54,489 nucleotides of DNA from a virus (taxonomy: Duplodnaviria; Caudoviricetes): IMG/VR virus record IMGVR_UViG_3300012952_000028, positions 1 through 54,489 of that record. The stretch is one strand, 5' to 3'. This document shows positions 44,801 to 53,577 of the stretch, one piece after another. Within the stretch, counting starts at the first letter, position 1, and each line of letters starts with the position of its first letter. Under the pieces are notes generated by a model, which made no database searches, had not been told where the DNA came from, and saw nothing but the letters and a program-made list of their open reading frames with translations. The position numbers were made by a program, and so were the translations under genes.

Positions 44801-46784
44801 CTAATGCGGACCTAATGAGCTGGTCGGGACTCCAGGTAATATCGCCGTCTTCAATGTCTAAGCTGCGGAAATTGACCTTGGTGGGGTCAAAGGCCATTAC
44901 CACATTTGGGAATCCCTGCATTATAAGGCGCGATCCCGTCTGGTCATACCCAATCATAGGGCGAGGGGGGAATTGCCCCGGTGCATCTAAGCGGACGTGG
45001 CTCGTTTGGGGGAGGCTGTTATCCTGGGGCGGTTGCATAGGGGGAAGCCACTTAGCACGTTTGGCCACCCCATTGATACTCGTCGTGCACTGTCCTCCAA
45101 ACTGGAACGAGTGGCTGATAGACTTAGCATAATAGAAGCAGTCCTCACTCTCTATGTAGACCGGATACCCTGGGCGCAATTCTGGACGAACAGGAATTGT
45201 AATGTTGGCTGACTTGATGCCCGCATTCGCCACGTCCAGCCGATTGATGGCTGACAGGAAAATGGCTTGGCGATTGGAGAGGTAATTCGCCTCGAAAGTC
45301 TCTTCTTTGTACCCGTACTTGGCTACGAGCCGGTAGTCCACATATACGCCGCCTACCCCCATCCACCCCTCAATACCATGACCTGACACGTTAGCCCAGT
45401 GGCTACCAGTGCCCTTCATCATCGTGACTTCCGGCTCACTCTCAGTTTCTGACAGGGAGATAAGGTCGCGATCCTTAATGACGTACACGGGATCATCGCG
45501 AGTATCCATATTGTACATGGGAGGCTTAAACACCAAGTCACCATCCACATCTTGGTAGAACTCAAACCCGGTGACGGCTTTCACGGCCTCGGCGATTTCC
45601 ATTTTAGACATGTACTCAGTCTCGAACATATTGACATTTCCCATCTTGCCAATATCGAGCGTGAAGGCTTGCATAGCCAGTACATTCTCTACTACAAAGT
45701 CCGAGGCGTCATCACTGTCAGTATTGTAAACGGCAGCTGATGTCATTAAGGGATCGTAGAGAGTTTCCCGAGCAAACTGAAGATAGGAGATAAAGCGGTT
45801 GGGGTTGAAGTCAAATGAGTGGTTCTCATCAACATAGCTTTTGATTGTTTTGTAGAAATAGTTAGCCTTAGAGAGGGCCTCAGAAGATGCGCCGGTGCTC
45901 ACTCCCACTGACCCTGAGGAGATCCCCTGATTTCGGGTATCGTACCATTCCCCCAAATACGCTTGGGTGGCGGCTCCGAAGAGATTGCCGTTTACCCCGT
46001 ACATGCGCAAGTTTCCAGAGTGCTCTTGCCACCTCCTCTCCCACCATTCAGCGGCGTGTTTAAAGAGAGAGTTGCTGTCAGTCTCGGACTTGGCAGCAAT
46101 GCTGGTAGACTGTGCTCTTTGAAAGTCCACCCCGAAGGCGGCACCAAATCCCACCTTTGTTAAGGTGTAGATGATGGCGTAAGGGTTAGCGCCCGTGAAC
46201 TTATGGCCGATCATGTGAGGTTTGACCATCGACGCGTCAGGACGCTTTCCAAACACCGAACCGTTTACGCTCAACTTTAGGTTCTGCCAGAAGTGCAGAA
46301 GATTCCCGCATTGCATCGTAGCGGTATAGAACCCGCCGCTGAATTCGTGAGAGACTTCCGTGACTACTCCTCTGAACACTTGGTAGTAGGGATACACTAC
46401 AGGCGTAGAGTCCTTAGTATTCACAGCATTCGAGAGGCTTTGGGCAGCATCCGAGTCCAGGTAATCCTGCATGGGGAAATATCCCCGCATCAAGATGACC
46501 ACCTCTAACCCAGTTTGAAGGACGTAGTTGCCGTCATAGGAGTACATCCCTGTCTCATGTTGAGGGATGCTCAAGGTCATGTTTGCCGTGGATATGCTTT
46601 CTGTCGTGGCATCAACACTTACCTGAGTGATGTACTTTTGAAAGTCCATCCTCTTAGGACACGCGGAACACGAAGCGAACTCGGTGTACCCATTGATGTA
46701 CACAATAGCGTCAGGGGTATGTCTGACAACTGTCTGTTGGTTCAGCTGCCAGTTCCCCACATAAGGGCGATCCCCAATAGACAC
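41877..46784 (-). CDS. putative baseplate hub protein (gp27/gpD-like) with large insertions
   Basis: QVFRGVVTEVSHEFSGG, SKMEIAEAVKAVTGFEFYQDVDGDLVFKPP, ANITIPVRPELRPGYPVYI...YAKSISHSF are hub-like motifs; position after the tape measure. Confidence 0.65.
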   Translation of the reverse strand: MSIGDRPYVGNWQLNQQTVVRHTPDAIVYINGYTEFASCSACPKRMDFQKYITQVSVDATTESISTANMTLSIPQHETGMYSYDGNYVLQTGLEVVILMRGYFPMQDYLDSDAAQSLSNAVNTKDSTPVVYPYYQVFRGVVTEVSHEFSGGFYTATMQCGNLLHFWQNLKLSVNGSVFGKRPDASMVKPHMIGHKFTGANPYAIIYTLTKVGFGAAFGVDFQRAQSTSIAAKSETDSNSLFKHAAEWWERRWQEHSGNLRMYGVNGNLFGAATQAYLGEWYDTRNQGISSGSVGVSTGASSEALSKANYFYKTIKSYVDENHSFDFNPNRFISYLQFARETLYDPLMTSAAVYNTDSDDASDFVVENVLAMQAFTLDIGKMGNVNMFETEYMSKMEIAEAVKAVTGFEFYQDVDGDLVFKPPMYNMDTRDDPVYVIKDRDLISLSETESEPEVTMMKGTGSHWANVSGHGIEGWMGVGGVYVDYRLVAKYGYKEETFEANYLSNRQAIFLSAINRLDVANAGIKSANITIPVRPELRPGYPVYIESEDCFYYAKSISHSFQFGGQCTTSINGVAKRAKWLPPMQPPQDNSLPQTSHVRLDAPGQFPPRPMIGYDQTGSRLIMQGFPNVVMAFDPTKVNFRSLDIEDGDITWSPDQLIRSALAEGWIEYGPAPQWEVTGGADSTGDLEAGTLMLRTTNTDVLSFTATEFKVKFTEVREALIAGETSSAELAESDPLGAAVAMVYEKYVTDIEGGAALQNYLALMTSTKGLFSPGLDIQGNYRYYSSNADAEQDQAPGSIVLDLAQGGDFTNTTVDYTTVIEFDRPTDGWTSSCTRFESDKQNGIQMGTKEVNISRGITIATPSMKEGWRDINLQQNTKKVTCATSDIRFLTFGVQTITQLRPVKRDVPAWNLGTTGWKIPHSIISAIKQNLLNNGFSGSKKATEALAEAKVWDMIKAVWEFANALRPMAGSTMRNTEAGQLGYEGMVGPPEVWSWPGDEDGAILKWDWFGGVAVHLKKGDADCYGEMLVVPGTQYQSGFPAGGLGNLFGPDPTLGAIATPWWPNSSDVQYFGNRAGRLWATFLPCPIDKYTKVDAIEEGEFNDDAGFWGDGVVDGDGGKPPWLPTLGGLTTFLALTGEREVILQGSYMDYAVVNEGGTPAGWEILAQKTAECLYRMAAGIALSFKVSKPDIPYYESSTQLLLAREARAEVIDKLVGDVDFDDTPQPSASAIAVTKKTTTRCTPIFPVSDHAGYEVFGSLPYGRGVSIETYADLISSSQEGNAADSADGFTRAEGSTVNIGDFGSNASSMETTSKFWSRFLLEKFLAGDFERNQNVGKKATNVQVTEGGADNATYAAAALNSLADAERAAILASAGMASIGEFSQSVDEHLEGLAGNASLQAKIRNTPVTSFTRGQAIYNPAAATNLANIGTSSTCTKFFCKGSDGAIFLVSMGKDFVTANEEPVTDFQKAMAEAVSVPWQVTKDALAGKIEEPRVSAVALIDEAIRTGGASLYGDYAANLRGTLEDLEEMDPDAVLDDTLDFPGDLWGGEYESYSDWWDKLTTESVTTSGDTLLFDMMQELSEEGEVSAETSEALADTATTPLNLFAGAAPTETGERDEDRINLGTDPGREGDEED

Positions 46785-48313
46785 TACTCACCGCCAATAA
46801 GGGCAAACGGGTAGCTGCCCTCCGCTTGAAAGCGGGCCGCTAAAGACGCCCCTCCGCTGGTTACCACCTCTTCACGCCCTTGGTCAAGACCTGCAGCTGA
46901 ACTCGTCTTCGGAGGCAACCCCGCCTCTTCGCGCCCTTGGTCAAGACCTGCAGCTGAACTGACCTTCGACAACTCCGCCTCTTCGCGCCCTTGATCAAGA
47001 CCTGCAGCTGAACTCGTCTTGCCCGCGTCCGCAACGACAGATGAGTTCACTCTCTTTAAGGCAGTAGAGATGGACATGTCTTGGACCGGCTTCATCGGAA
47101 GGACGAAAGTGGGAGCCGAGGCATGATCATACATTTGGGATACGGTAAACTCCATAGACCACTCTACCCGGTGGGGCAGTCCTTCCTGAAAGCTGAAGTT
47201 AAAACTCTCAATGGTTCCCACGTAAGTCCATTGATCGTAGTCAATGGCAATAGCGCCCACCCCGAGATGGGCGCAACTTTCCCTTACAGTGTCGTATACG
47301 ATGCCCCCGCTACGGTAGAAGTGGTAAAGGGCCATAAAGTTTTGCCACGCGGCCGAGTCCCTTCGAGAGGCCCACTGCACCCCTGTTGCGCAGGGAATGC
47401 CTTGGGTGGAATTAAACCGCTCGAACAACTCCCCCTCATTCAACCCTTGTCCATCAACATCTGACCCGATAGTTCCGGGAGGGGCACCGGTGATAAAACT
47501 CCCGGTGCTCCCCTTAATGCTTAGTTTGGGTTGCTCCTCTCCCCACCGTTGGAAGATGTACCCCTCCCGGCCCCGGTTTTGGTATTCTTGTATGCTGGTG
47601 TATGTTATGCTCAACTCTTGCGGGTTTATAAGCATTTGGAGAGGGGGAGTATTAATTAACCTTTGCACCTGAAGTGCAATATCGGCGTAAGTGTAAACGT
47701 CCGTGATAACTGACACTTCTTCCATATTGCCGCCAACCGCGTTAATTTCACGCCCTGCGGATACGATCTGTTGAAGGGCCGCATCGTTGCTCATGTACCC
47801 CTCTCCCGCCACCGGACTCTGAGTGTCGTTACTAAGCTGGAGCCATTGAGAGCCAGAGTCTATGGCCCCTGTATACGACGCTGTGTGGATAAGGTTGACG
47901 TCAAAGTCGGACCCCCCGTTTTCAACATTTGTACCTACGAATGCCTCCGGAGGGATGATGCGCACCACGAAAGGCGATAAATTTCGGAGTTGGGGAGAAC
48001 TCCCATCTATAGGCGTGCCCACTTGTGTTTCAAATTGCCACTGAATCCAGGTGCCGGTGGCTACGCCGTCATACACGGAGGCCGGGTCATAACCCAGATC
48101 CCGCTGCCATTCATCCAGGCTGGCTGAGATGAGCACATCGTCAGCCGCACTGAGCCGCCGTGATCTCGGCGAGTCTTCCACCGCTCGCTGACGCGAACGA
48201 GGCATCCCTCCATCCACAGACTGACCGGCCCGAAGGCGCTCAACTGGCTCGCCATCCACAGTCACGTCCTCCACAGTCACGTCCAAGACAAAACCGTCCG
48301 TATCACCAGTCAT
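46784..48313 (-). CDS. putative tail tube initiator / baseplate protein
   Basis: LQMLINPQELSITY...QRWGEEQPKLSIKGSTG...YVGTIESFNFS...WSMEFTV, a tube-fold-like pattern; paralogous to 48318..48920. Confidence 0.55.
   Translation of the reverse strand: MTGDTDGFVLDVTVEDVTVDGEPVERLRAGQSVDGGMPRSRQRAVEDSPRSRRLSAADDVLISASLDEWQRDLGYDPASVYDGVATGTWIQWQFETQVGTPIDGSSPQLRNLSPFVVRIIPPEAFVGTNVENGGSDFDVNLIHTASYTGAIDSGSQWLQLSNDTQSPVAGEGYMSNDAALQQIVSAGREINAVGGNMEEVSVITDVYTYADIALQVQRLINTPPLQMLINPQELSITYTSIQEYQNRGREGYIFQRWGEEQPKLSIKGSTGSFITGAPPGTIGSDVDGQGLNEGELFERFNSTQGIPCATGVQWASRRDSAAWQNFMALYHFYRSGGIVYDTVRESCAHLGVGAIAIDYDQWTYVGTIESFNFSFQEGLPHRVEWSMEFTVSQMYDHASAPTFVLPMKPVQDMSISTALKRVNSSVVADAGKTSSAAGLDQGREEAELSKVSSAAGLDQGREEAGLPPKTSSAAGLDQGREEVVTSGGASLAARFQAEGSYPFALIGGE
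46867..47020 (-). repeat. three-copy in-frame tandem repeat encoding SSAAGLDQGREE
   Basis: cctcttcRcgcccttgRtcaagacctgcagctgaact at 46867, 46924 and 46978 (periods 57 and 54 nt). Confidence 0.92.
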
Positions 48314-48317
48314 GATA

Positions 48318-48920
48318 TCACCACTGCCAACTGGCAGCCGCTACGCTCTTCCAGTTCTGAATTTCTGAGTCAATTGTCATCTTACAATTCAAGCTAAACA
48401 TGAAAGGGTTGGACGCACTCTCCGTGACCGAAAAGTCATCGAACCACCCTAAGTAAACCCCTCCATCAAAAATGACTTTGATGATGCCCTGGAGGGCTAC
48501 CTTCCCCTGAGTGTCATAAATCGACCCATTATTGTGGAAGAGGGCCAGCATGTCCAAGTAGGAGTCATAAGCGAGGGTTTCTCGTCGAGACCCCTCCACT
48601 CTCGACGGGTCCGTGATGTTAGAAAGTCCTGAGTACAACCTCATAAACCCTCCGGTGACTGACTCCATCGAAAGGCTCTGGGTGTCGTCTCCCCAGTGTT
48701 GCTCTACAAATCCTCCTCGCGTCTGAATTCTCTCAACCTTACGAGTGTATGCGAGTTGCATATTACTGGGATTTACATGACACACTAAACGGTGATCAGT
48801 GGGAAGGATGCTGGTCTCTCGATCAGGCCCCAAGATGTCAAATATGACGGGCCTTCTACCGGACTCCGGAAATTCTTCCGAGGCCCCTGCCGGAAAAGCA
48901 CCTGTAAAAACTTGGCCCAT
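48318..48920 (-). CDS. putative tail tube initiator-like protein
   Basis: HVNPSNMQLAY..IQTRGGFVEQHWGDD...YLGWFDDFSVTESASNPFMF; immediately after the tape measure. Confidence 0.6.
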   Translation of the reverse strand: MGQVFTGAFPAGASEEFPESGRRPVIFDILGPDRETSILPTDHRLVCHVNPSNMQLAYTRKVERIQTRGGFVEQHWGDDTQSLSMESVTGGFMRLYSGLSNITDPSRVEGSRRETLAYDSYLDMLALFHNNGSIYDTQGKVALQGIIKVIFDGGVYLGWFDDFSVTESASNPFMFSLNCKMTIDSEIQNWKSVAAASWQW

Positions 48921-48928
48921 TAAACCCC

Positions 48929-51900
48929 CTAATATGTCCGTGCTTTGTCAAGACCCCGCGCCTTGGCCCAGGAGTCCATCGCCCGCCAGATCGTTGCAGG
49001 ATCCCCGTTAATCACTACTGTCCCAATCATCGGCCCACCGCCACCGCCACCTACGATACGGCTTAGAGCACCACTGGGCAGACCGGCAATCAAGTCCTCG
49101 CTTCGGAAGTTTACGAACTCCCCGCCCATCATACCAAAGTCATTGGCCTTGATCTCTCCTCCTGGCCCTGCCTTGATGCCGGCCCCGAAGCCAGCTGCGT
49201 TCAGTTGGTCGTAGGTGATGCCGAGAGCGTTCATGCGGTCGAGTTCCGTCTGTGAATAGCCACCCTTCGAGAAGTGAGACCCAATGGCGGCAGCCTTGGG
49301 TTTTCCATCTTTAAACATCGCCCTAATGTCGGCACTTGAAGCTCCTTGGTTGATGGCCAAATCCAAAAGTTGGCGGGCGTCTGCCTTATCGAATCCTGCC
49401 CTCAACTCATAAACAATGTCTTCTCGCACCTTATCAATGGCCTTGACCTCGGATGCTGACTCACTCTCTCCTGCCAACATCCCTCGAGTATTTTGGGCGA
49501 TGATCTCATCTAAGGCGTCAGTTTGCGGCTCATATACGCTGACGCCTTTACCGTAACCGGTCCCCAACCCTCCACCAGCGGCCCAACCTTGACCTCCAGT
49601 GTTAAAATACCCACCATTATCGAGGGTTGTCCAATTGCTACTCCCATAAGAACCTCCTCCCTCACTCGCGAATCCTGAAACTTTCACAAACGGGTTAAAC
49701 GCCTGACCCGTTTCCGGGGAAATGAGGGTCGTACCTTGAGTACCCATGTTGCCAGTAGTGTCACCATCACCAACGTGGATCTGTTCCCGATTCACTGAAG
49801 CTGTTTGGGCAATATTGGCCGCCACGTTGCCCTTGCCCATCTGATTAAAAGCATACAAGGCGGCTGGAGAGAAAATCTCCTCTTCGGTCAAATTTAAACT
49901 ACTGGAATCAACCTGAAGGGCAGAGAACTCCACATTGCCGAACTTTGGGGCTGCGGCGCTCTTGCCCATGGAAACCCCTTCAGCAACAAGTTGGTGGAAC
50001 TGCCGCTGAGTTCTCAAGTTACTTTCTACTACGTTACTCCTCTCAAGTTTCTCTTCATCTACTTCGCGCCCTTTCTCGGTCTCCCTTTTTATGTACGCAT
50101 TTCTTGCTGCCAGTTCCGCTTCTATCTTTTCGTCAAAAAACTTGACTGCGGCGTCAGCCTCACTCTTTTGCGCAACCAGATTCGCTTGGCCGGTGCTGGT
50201 TCCCAACATACGGCCAATAAAGGAGACATTCCCATTTAAGAAGTCCAACGCCCCTGCGATCTTCCCCTTTAAGGTAGCCGTTATCTCACGGGTCTCGACG
50301 AGTTGCTGATTCGCAAGCATCTGAGCTTTAGTCATCTGCTCCTCTTGGGCTTGCGCCCACGAAGGATCGTCATTGAGAGCGCCACTTGACACTGCATCTA
50401 CGAACCGCATGACGTCGCCGTCCTCATCTTTGATTTGATCGGCCCCCTCTGCCACTAACTGCTCATACTTACCTCTGAGGCCCTCGTCCAACTTCTTGAG
50501 GGTGTGGAACTCGTCTCCGGAGATCCCTGTGACACTTTCAAATTGCATCGCCCCCATCCCCTCATAGGAGGAAAGAGGAGCATTCCCCAAAACACCATAA
50601 GCGGCACTCAGGTTCTGGGCCATTTCCCCCTGCCGGCTCAAGGATGCCATACCGGTAGTGACTGACCCTTGGCCCGTTCCACTACGGGCTAACTCATAAA
50701 GGTCTTGAAGGTCACGCGCTGCCTGCTCATCCTTTGCTAACCCGCTGTCTCTAATATCGTGTATGAGCTTCCGCATATCCTTACGAGTCATGGCACCCAA
50801 CTGCTGGATGTCTATGCCCAGCGTATTTCCACCCCTGATGGCACTTCCCGTGAGGCTGCCTCCAGCGGCATTAGTGGTATCAGTGAGGGCCGCGTTTGCT
50901 ACCCCACCTTGGCCAATTACCAGACCGCGTTTTCCGAGTTGGCTCCGATCACTCAAAAGTTCCCCATATTTTTCAGCAAAATCCTGATTAGAGCTCATGA
51001 AGTCAGAACGCTGAATGCTTCGAGTATTTCCAAACCCGGCTTTCATAGCGGTGCCGAGTTTGTCTTCCTCGGACATTTGACGGAATTTCCCGGTAAGACC
51101 CAGTTGGGTCTTCGCCATATCCTCACCCAGTATGTCTACCATGTCGCTAAAGAGTGAAATAGTGTCCCCTAAACGGAAATTGTAGAGAGCCATTCCCGAA
51201 GAGCTTTGATTGATAGCGGCAAAGAAGTCTTTGGTACGCATACCGGAATTTCTGGCCTCCTCAGCCATCTGAGTGAAGGCCCCCATCAATTCTTTTGTTC
51301 CCCCGCCCAAATCCTTGAACATCGTTTTAGTGAATTCGCCAATCTCAGAGGCACTCGCGCCCAAAGTATGAACCCCAAATTTCATTAGGTTTATTTGGTC
51401 AGTCAAGGCTTGCGCTGTGGATCGAGACCCTCGCATCTGCATTTTGAACTCATGCAAGGTCAGCCCCGCCTCATTAAAGGCTCCCGTCCATTGCATAATC
51501 TCTCCCTTGGACATCCGCATATCGGTTCCCAATTTAATGACCGCTTTGCGATAGTCGGCAAGAGCGCCTGCCATGTCTTGTGACCTTTGAATGTTCATGT
51601 CCATCGCAGTTTGCGTAGACAGGATCTCTTTGTTCATCTCTTTGGTTTGGCCGTAGGCTTTAGCGAACAACCCAGCTACGGCACTTAATGTCCCCATGGC
51701 GGCTCCAGCGCCCATGAAAAACTTGCCCAGGCCCATTCCCGCCTTACCTATAGCCGCTCCCCCTCTCTTGGTAACCGAGCGAACCTTCCCAATCTTCCCC
51801 CTTGTCGCACTTCCGGCTTGACTGCCCCTGGTAAACGCACCTCCACCCCCACCTGCACCTCCACCCCCACCTGCCACGAACCCTTGGCTCTGTTGGCGGG

Positions 51901-52345
51901 ATTGTTGTTGCTCTTGGCGCATGGCTTGACGTTGGGCTTGCTTCAGCAGCTTATCCTGATGCTGCTCCCTCATCTTCATCTCTTTACGGAGATACTTGGC
52001 GCGTTCTTGGTGGTGCCTCTTCTCTTCAATTTTGAGATTCTTAGTGCGCATCTGCAACTCTAAGGCCGCTAAGTTTTTCGCGGCCCGAGTGCGCTCTTGA
52101 GCCAAGCGGTGGTACTCTTTACGGGTGGCGGTAGCTGTCTTCTTTAGACCCGCCTCGTGGAGCTTCTCAACGGCACTTTGAAGTTGGGGAAAAGCCTTTT
52201 GAGCGCCTTTCTTCATCCCCTTAGTGGTTCCGGCGCTCAGGGCATCAATTGTGCCCTTCTCCACCGTGGACATGGCTTCGCTGACACCTGTTACGCTTCC
52301 CCAAACAGTATTGAGGTACACTGTAGCATTTAAGTCATTAGCCAT
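48929..52345 (-). CDS. tail tape-measure-like protein
   Basis: 1138 aa, helical A/G/M/K-rich; N-terminal coiled coil and hydrophobic segment; canonical position after the chaperones and before the tube/hub genes. Confidence 0.7.
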   Translation of the reverse strand: MANDLNATVYLNTVWGSVTGVSEAMSTVEKGTIDALSAGTTKGMKKGAQKAFPQLQSAVEKLHEAGLKKTATATRKEYHRLAQERTRAAKNLAALELQMRTKNLKIEEKRHHQERAKYLRKEMKMREQHQDKLLKQAQRQAMRQEQQQSRQQSQGFVAGGGGGAGGGGGAFTRGSQAGSATRGKIGKVRSVTKRGGAAIGKAGMGLGKFFMGAGAAMGTLSAVAGLFAKAYGQTKEMNKEILSTQTAMDMNIQRSQDMAGALADYRKAVIKLGTDMRMSKGEIMQWTGAFNEAGLTLHEFKMQMRGSRSTAQALTDQINLMKFGVHTLGASASEIGEFTKTMFKDLGGGTKELMGAFTQMAEEARNSGMRTKDFFAAINQSSSGMALYNFRLGDTISLFSDMVDILGEDMAKTQLGLTGKFRQMSEEDKLGTAMKAGFGNTRSIQRSDFMSSNQDFAEKYGELLSDRSQLGKRGLVIGQGGVANAALTDTTNAAGGSLTGSAIRGGNTLGIDIQQLGAMTRKDMRKLIHDIRDSGLAKDEQAARDLQDLYELARSGTGQGSVTTGMASLSRQGEMAQNLSAAYGVLGNAPLSSYEGMGAMQFESVTGISGDEFHTLKKLDEGLRGKYEQLVAEGADQIKDEDGDVMRFVDAVSSGALNDDPSWAQAQEEQMTKAQMLANQQLVETREITATLKGKIAGALDFLNGNVSFIGRMLGTSTGQANLVAQKSEADAAVKFFDEKIEAELAARNAYIKRETEKGREVDEEKLERSNVVESNLRTQRQFHQLVAEGVSMGKSAAAPKFGNVEFSALQVDSSSLNLTEEEIFSPAALYAFNQMGKGNVAANIAQTASVNREQIHVGDGDTTGNMGTQGTTLISPETGQAFNPFVKVSGFASEGGGSYGSSNWTTLDNGGYFNTGGQGWAAGGGLGTGYGKGVSVYEPQTDALDEIIAQNTRGMLAGESESASEVKAIDKVREDIVYELRAGFDKADARQLLDLAINQGASSADIRAMFKDGKPKAAAIGSHFSKGGYSQTELDRMNALGITYDQLNAAGFGAGIKAGPGGEIKANDFGMMGGEFVNFRSEDLIAGLPSGALSRIVGGGGGGPMIGTVVINGDPATIWRAMDSWAKARGLDKARTY

Positions 52346-52367
52346 GAGTACCTCCTACCCCTACCAC

Positions 52368-52383
52368 ATATAAACACACTACC
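52368..52383 (-). promoter_or_regulatory. candidate late promoter motif GGTA-N6-TTATAT
   Basis: Reads ggtagtgtgtttatat upstream of SD AGGAGG and the tape-measure ATG. Confidence 0.5.
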
Positions 52384-53569
52384 CTTCCAAGGAAGGCTTA
52401 CGGTTAGTGATCTTGTCCTGCAGACTTCCCCCTTTTGCTTCGCTCCCCTCTCCCGAAGGCTCCCGATCTGAGATCATTACCTTCATATCGGGGCCTAAAA
52501 CTCCGGGCTTGATCTCATTCTCGATGTAACGGGAGTAGACTGCATCAAACTCAGGGTTGGAAGAGGTACGGGTGGTTGTCCTTCTTTTCGCCAATTCTGG
52601 ACGTAGCTCGCTCAATTGCTGCGGAGAGTACCCCACCAACGCTTTCTGAGAAACGGGTAACTCGGCTTCTCTCTTGCTCCGCTCTTTCTGAGCTTTTCTC
52701 TTTTTCTTCTCCACACCCTCTCTAATGCGCTGGTAGTAATTGTCCACTAACAAATCATGGTAGTCCTTATCCCCAGAGAAAACTCTATTCATCTCATCAG
52801 TAAGATCCCCAAAGGTTTGCGCAAAGTTCATATTCTGCACCTCTACCTTTTCACCGTTCACCTCGATAAAGACTTTCTCCTTAGGCTCATCCCCGCGAAT
52901 GATCCAGTTCACTGTCTCTTCAATTTTGCGCCGCTTTCTCTCGTCGCGCCTCTCCCTCTCTCTATCGGCGTCATCGTAGAGCTTCTTAGCGCCCTTGGTC
53001 GCCATAGCGGACACTACCATTCTTGTGTGGCTCCATTGCCGCTCATCCTCTTCTACGCGATCTGTGTTCATGTTATAAACACACCACCACCTAAAAATAC
53101 GATTGGCCGATTTCAAATGGCCGGGGTCAAACGGCTTTCCTAAATTTTGCCAGGTGGACCTTCCAAAATCTTCGTAGCAATAGGACTCCACCAACCTGTA
53201 GGCTCGATCTATGCGAAACTTAAAAGCGACGATAACAGCCTTGAACAACTCGTCTACGAATTTCAAGGGGAGGTGGAGGAAAGTGAGGGCAACGTGGTGC
53301 TTCAGCTCCTCCGGAATGGGGAACCCGTCGATCTCACATAAAGAAATACCTAAGCAATGCGCACGAAAATAAGGGCGTCGTGCGGCAGCTTCAAACTCTA
53401 ATGGGTTCAGCGACCGAAAGGTGTAGTAGGTGTCCCCGATTTGGAACGAGTGGTACAAATAGCCATTTCGTATGAGCTGCTCAACGTCCCTATACAAGAA
53501 CCTGCGAGCTTCTCCTTGTTCGAGGAGGCGCTCCTCGGCCATTTCCCGGAGAAGTTCCGCACGATCCAT
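52379..53569 (-). CDS. putative tail assembly chaperone-like protein
   Basis: YTFRSLNPLE...CLGISLCEIDG; directly upstream of the tape measure. Function inferred from synteny. Confidence 0.5.
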   Translation of the reverse strand: MDRAELLREMAEERLLEQGEARRFLYRDVEQLIRNGYLYHSFQIGDTYYTFRSLNPLEFEAAARRPYFRAHCLGISLCEIDGFPIPEELKHHVALTFLHLPLKFVDELFKAVIVAFKFRIDRAYRLVESYCYEDFGRSTWQNLGKPFDPGHLKSANRIFRWWCVYNMNTDRVEEDERQWSHTRMVVSAMATKGAKKLYDDADRERERRDERKRRKIEETVNWIIRGDEPKEKVFIEVNGEKVEVQNMNFAQTFGDLTDEMNRVFSGDKDYHDLLVDNYYQRIREGVEKKKRKAQKERSKREAELPVSQKALVGYSPQQLSELRPELAKRRTTTRTSSNPEFDAVYSRYIENEIKPGVLGPDMKVMISDREPSGEGSEAKGGSLQDKITNRKPSLEG

Positions 53570-53577
53570 GCCAACCC

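Noticed and set aside
46867-47020. Possible mini-CRISPR array (three roughly 37-nt repeats)
   Set aside because: The spacers are only 17-20 nt and partly similar, periods are multiples of 3 within a CDS, and no cas genes or leader are present.
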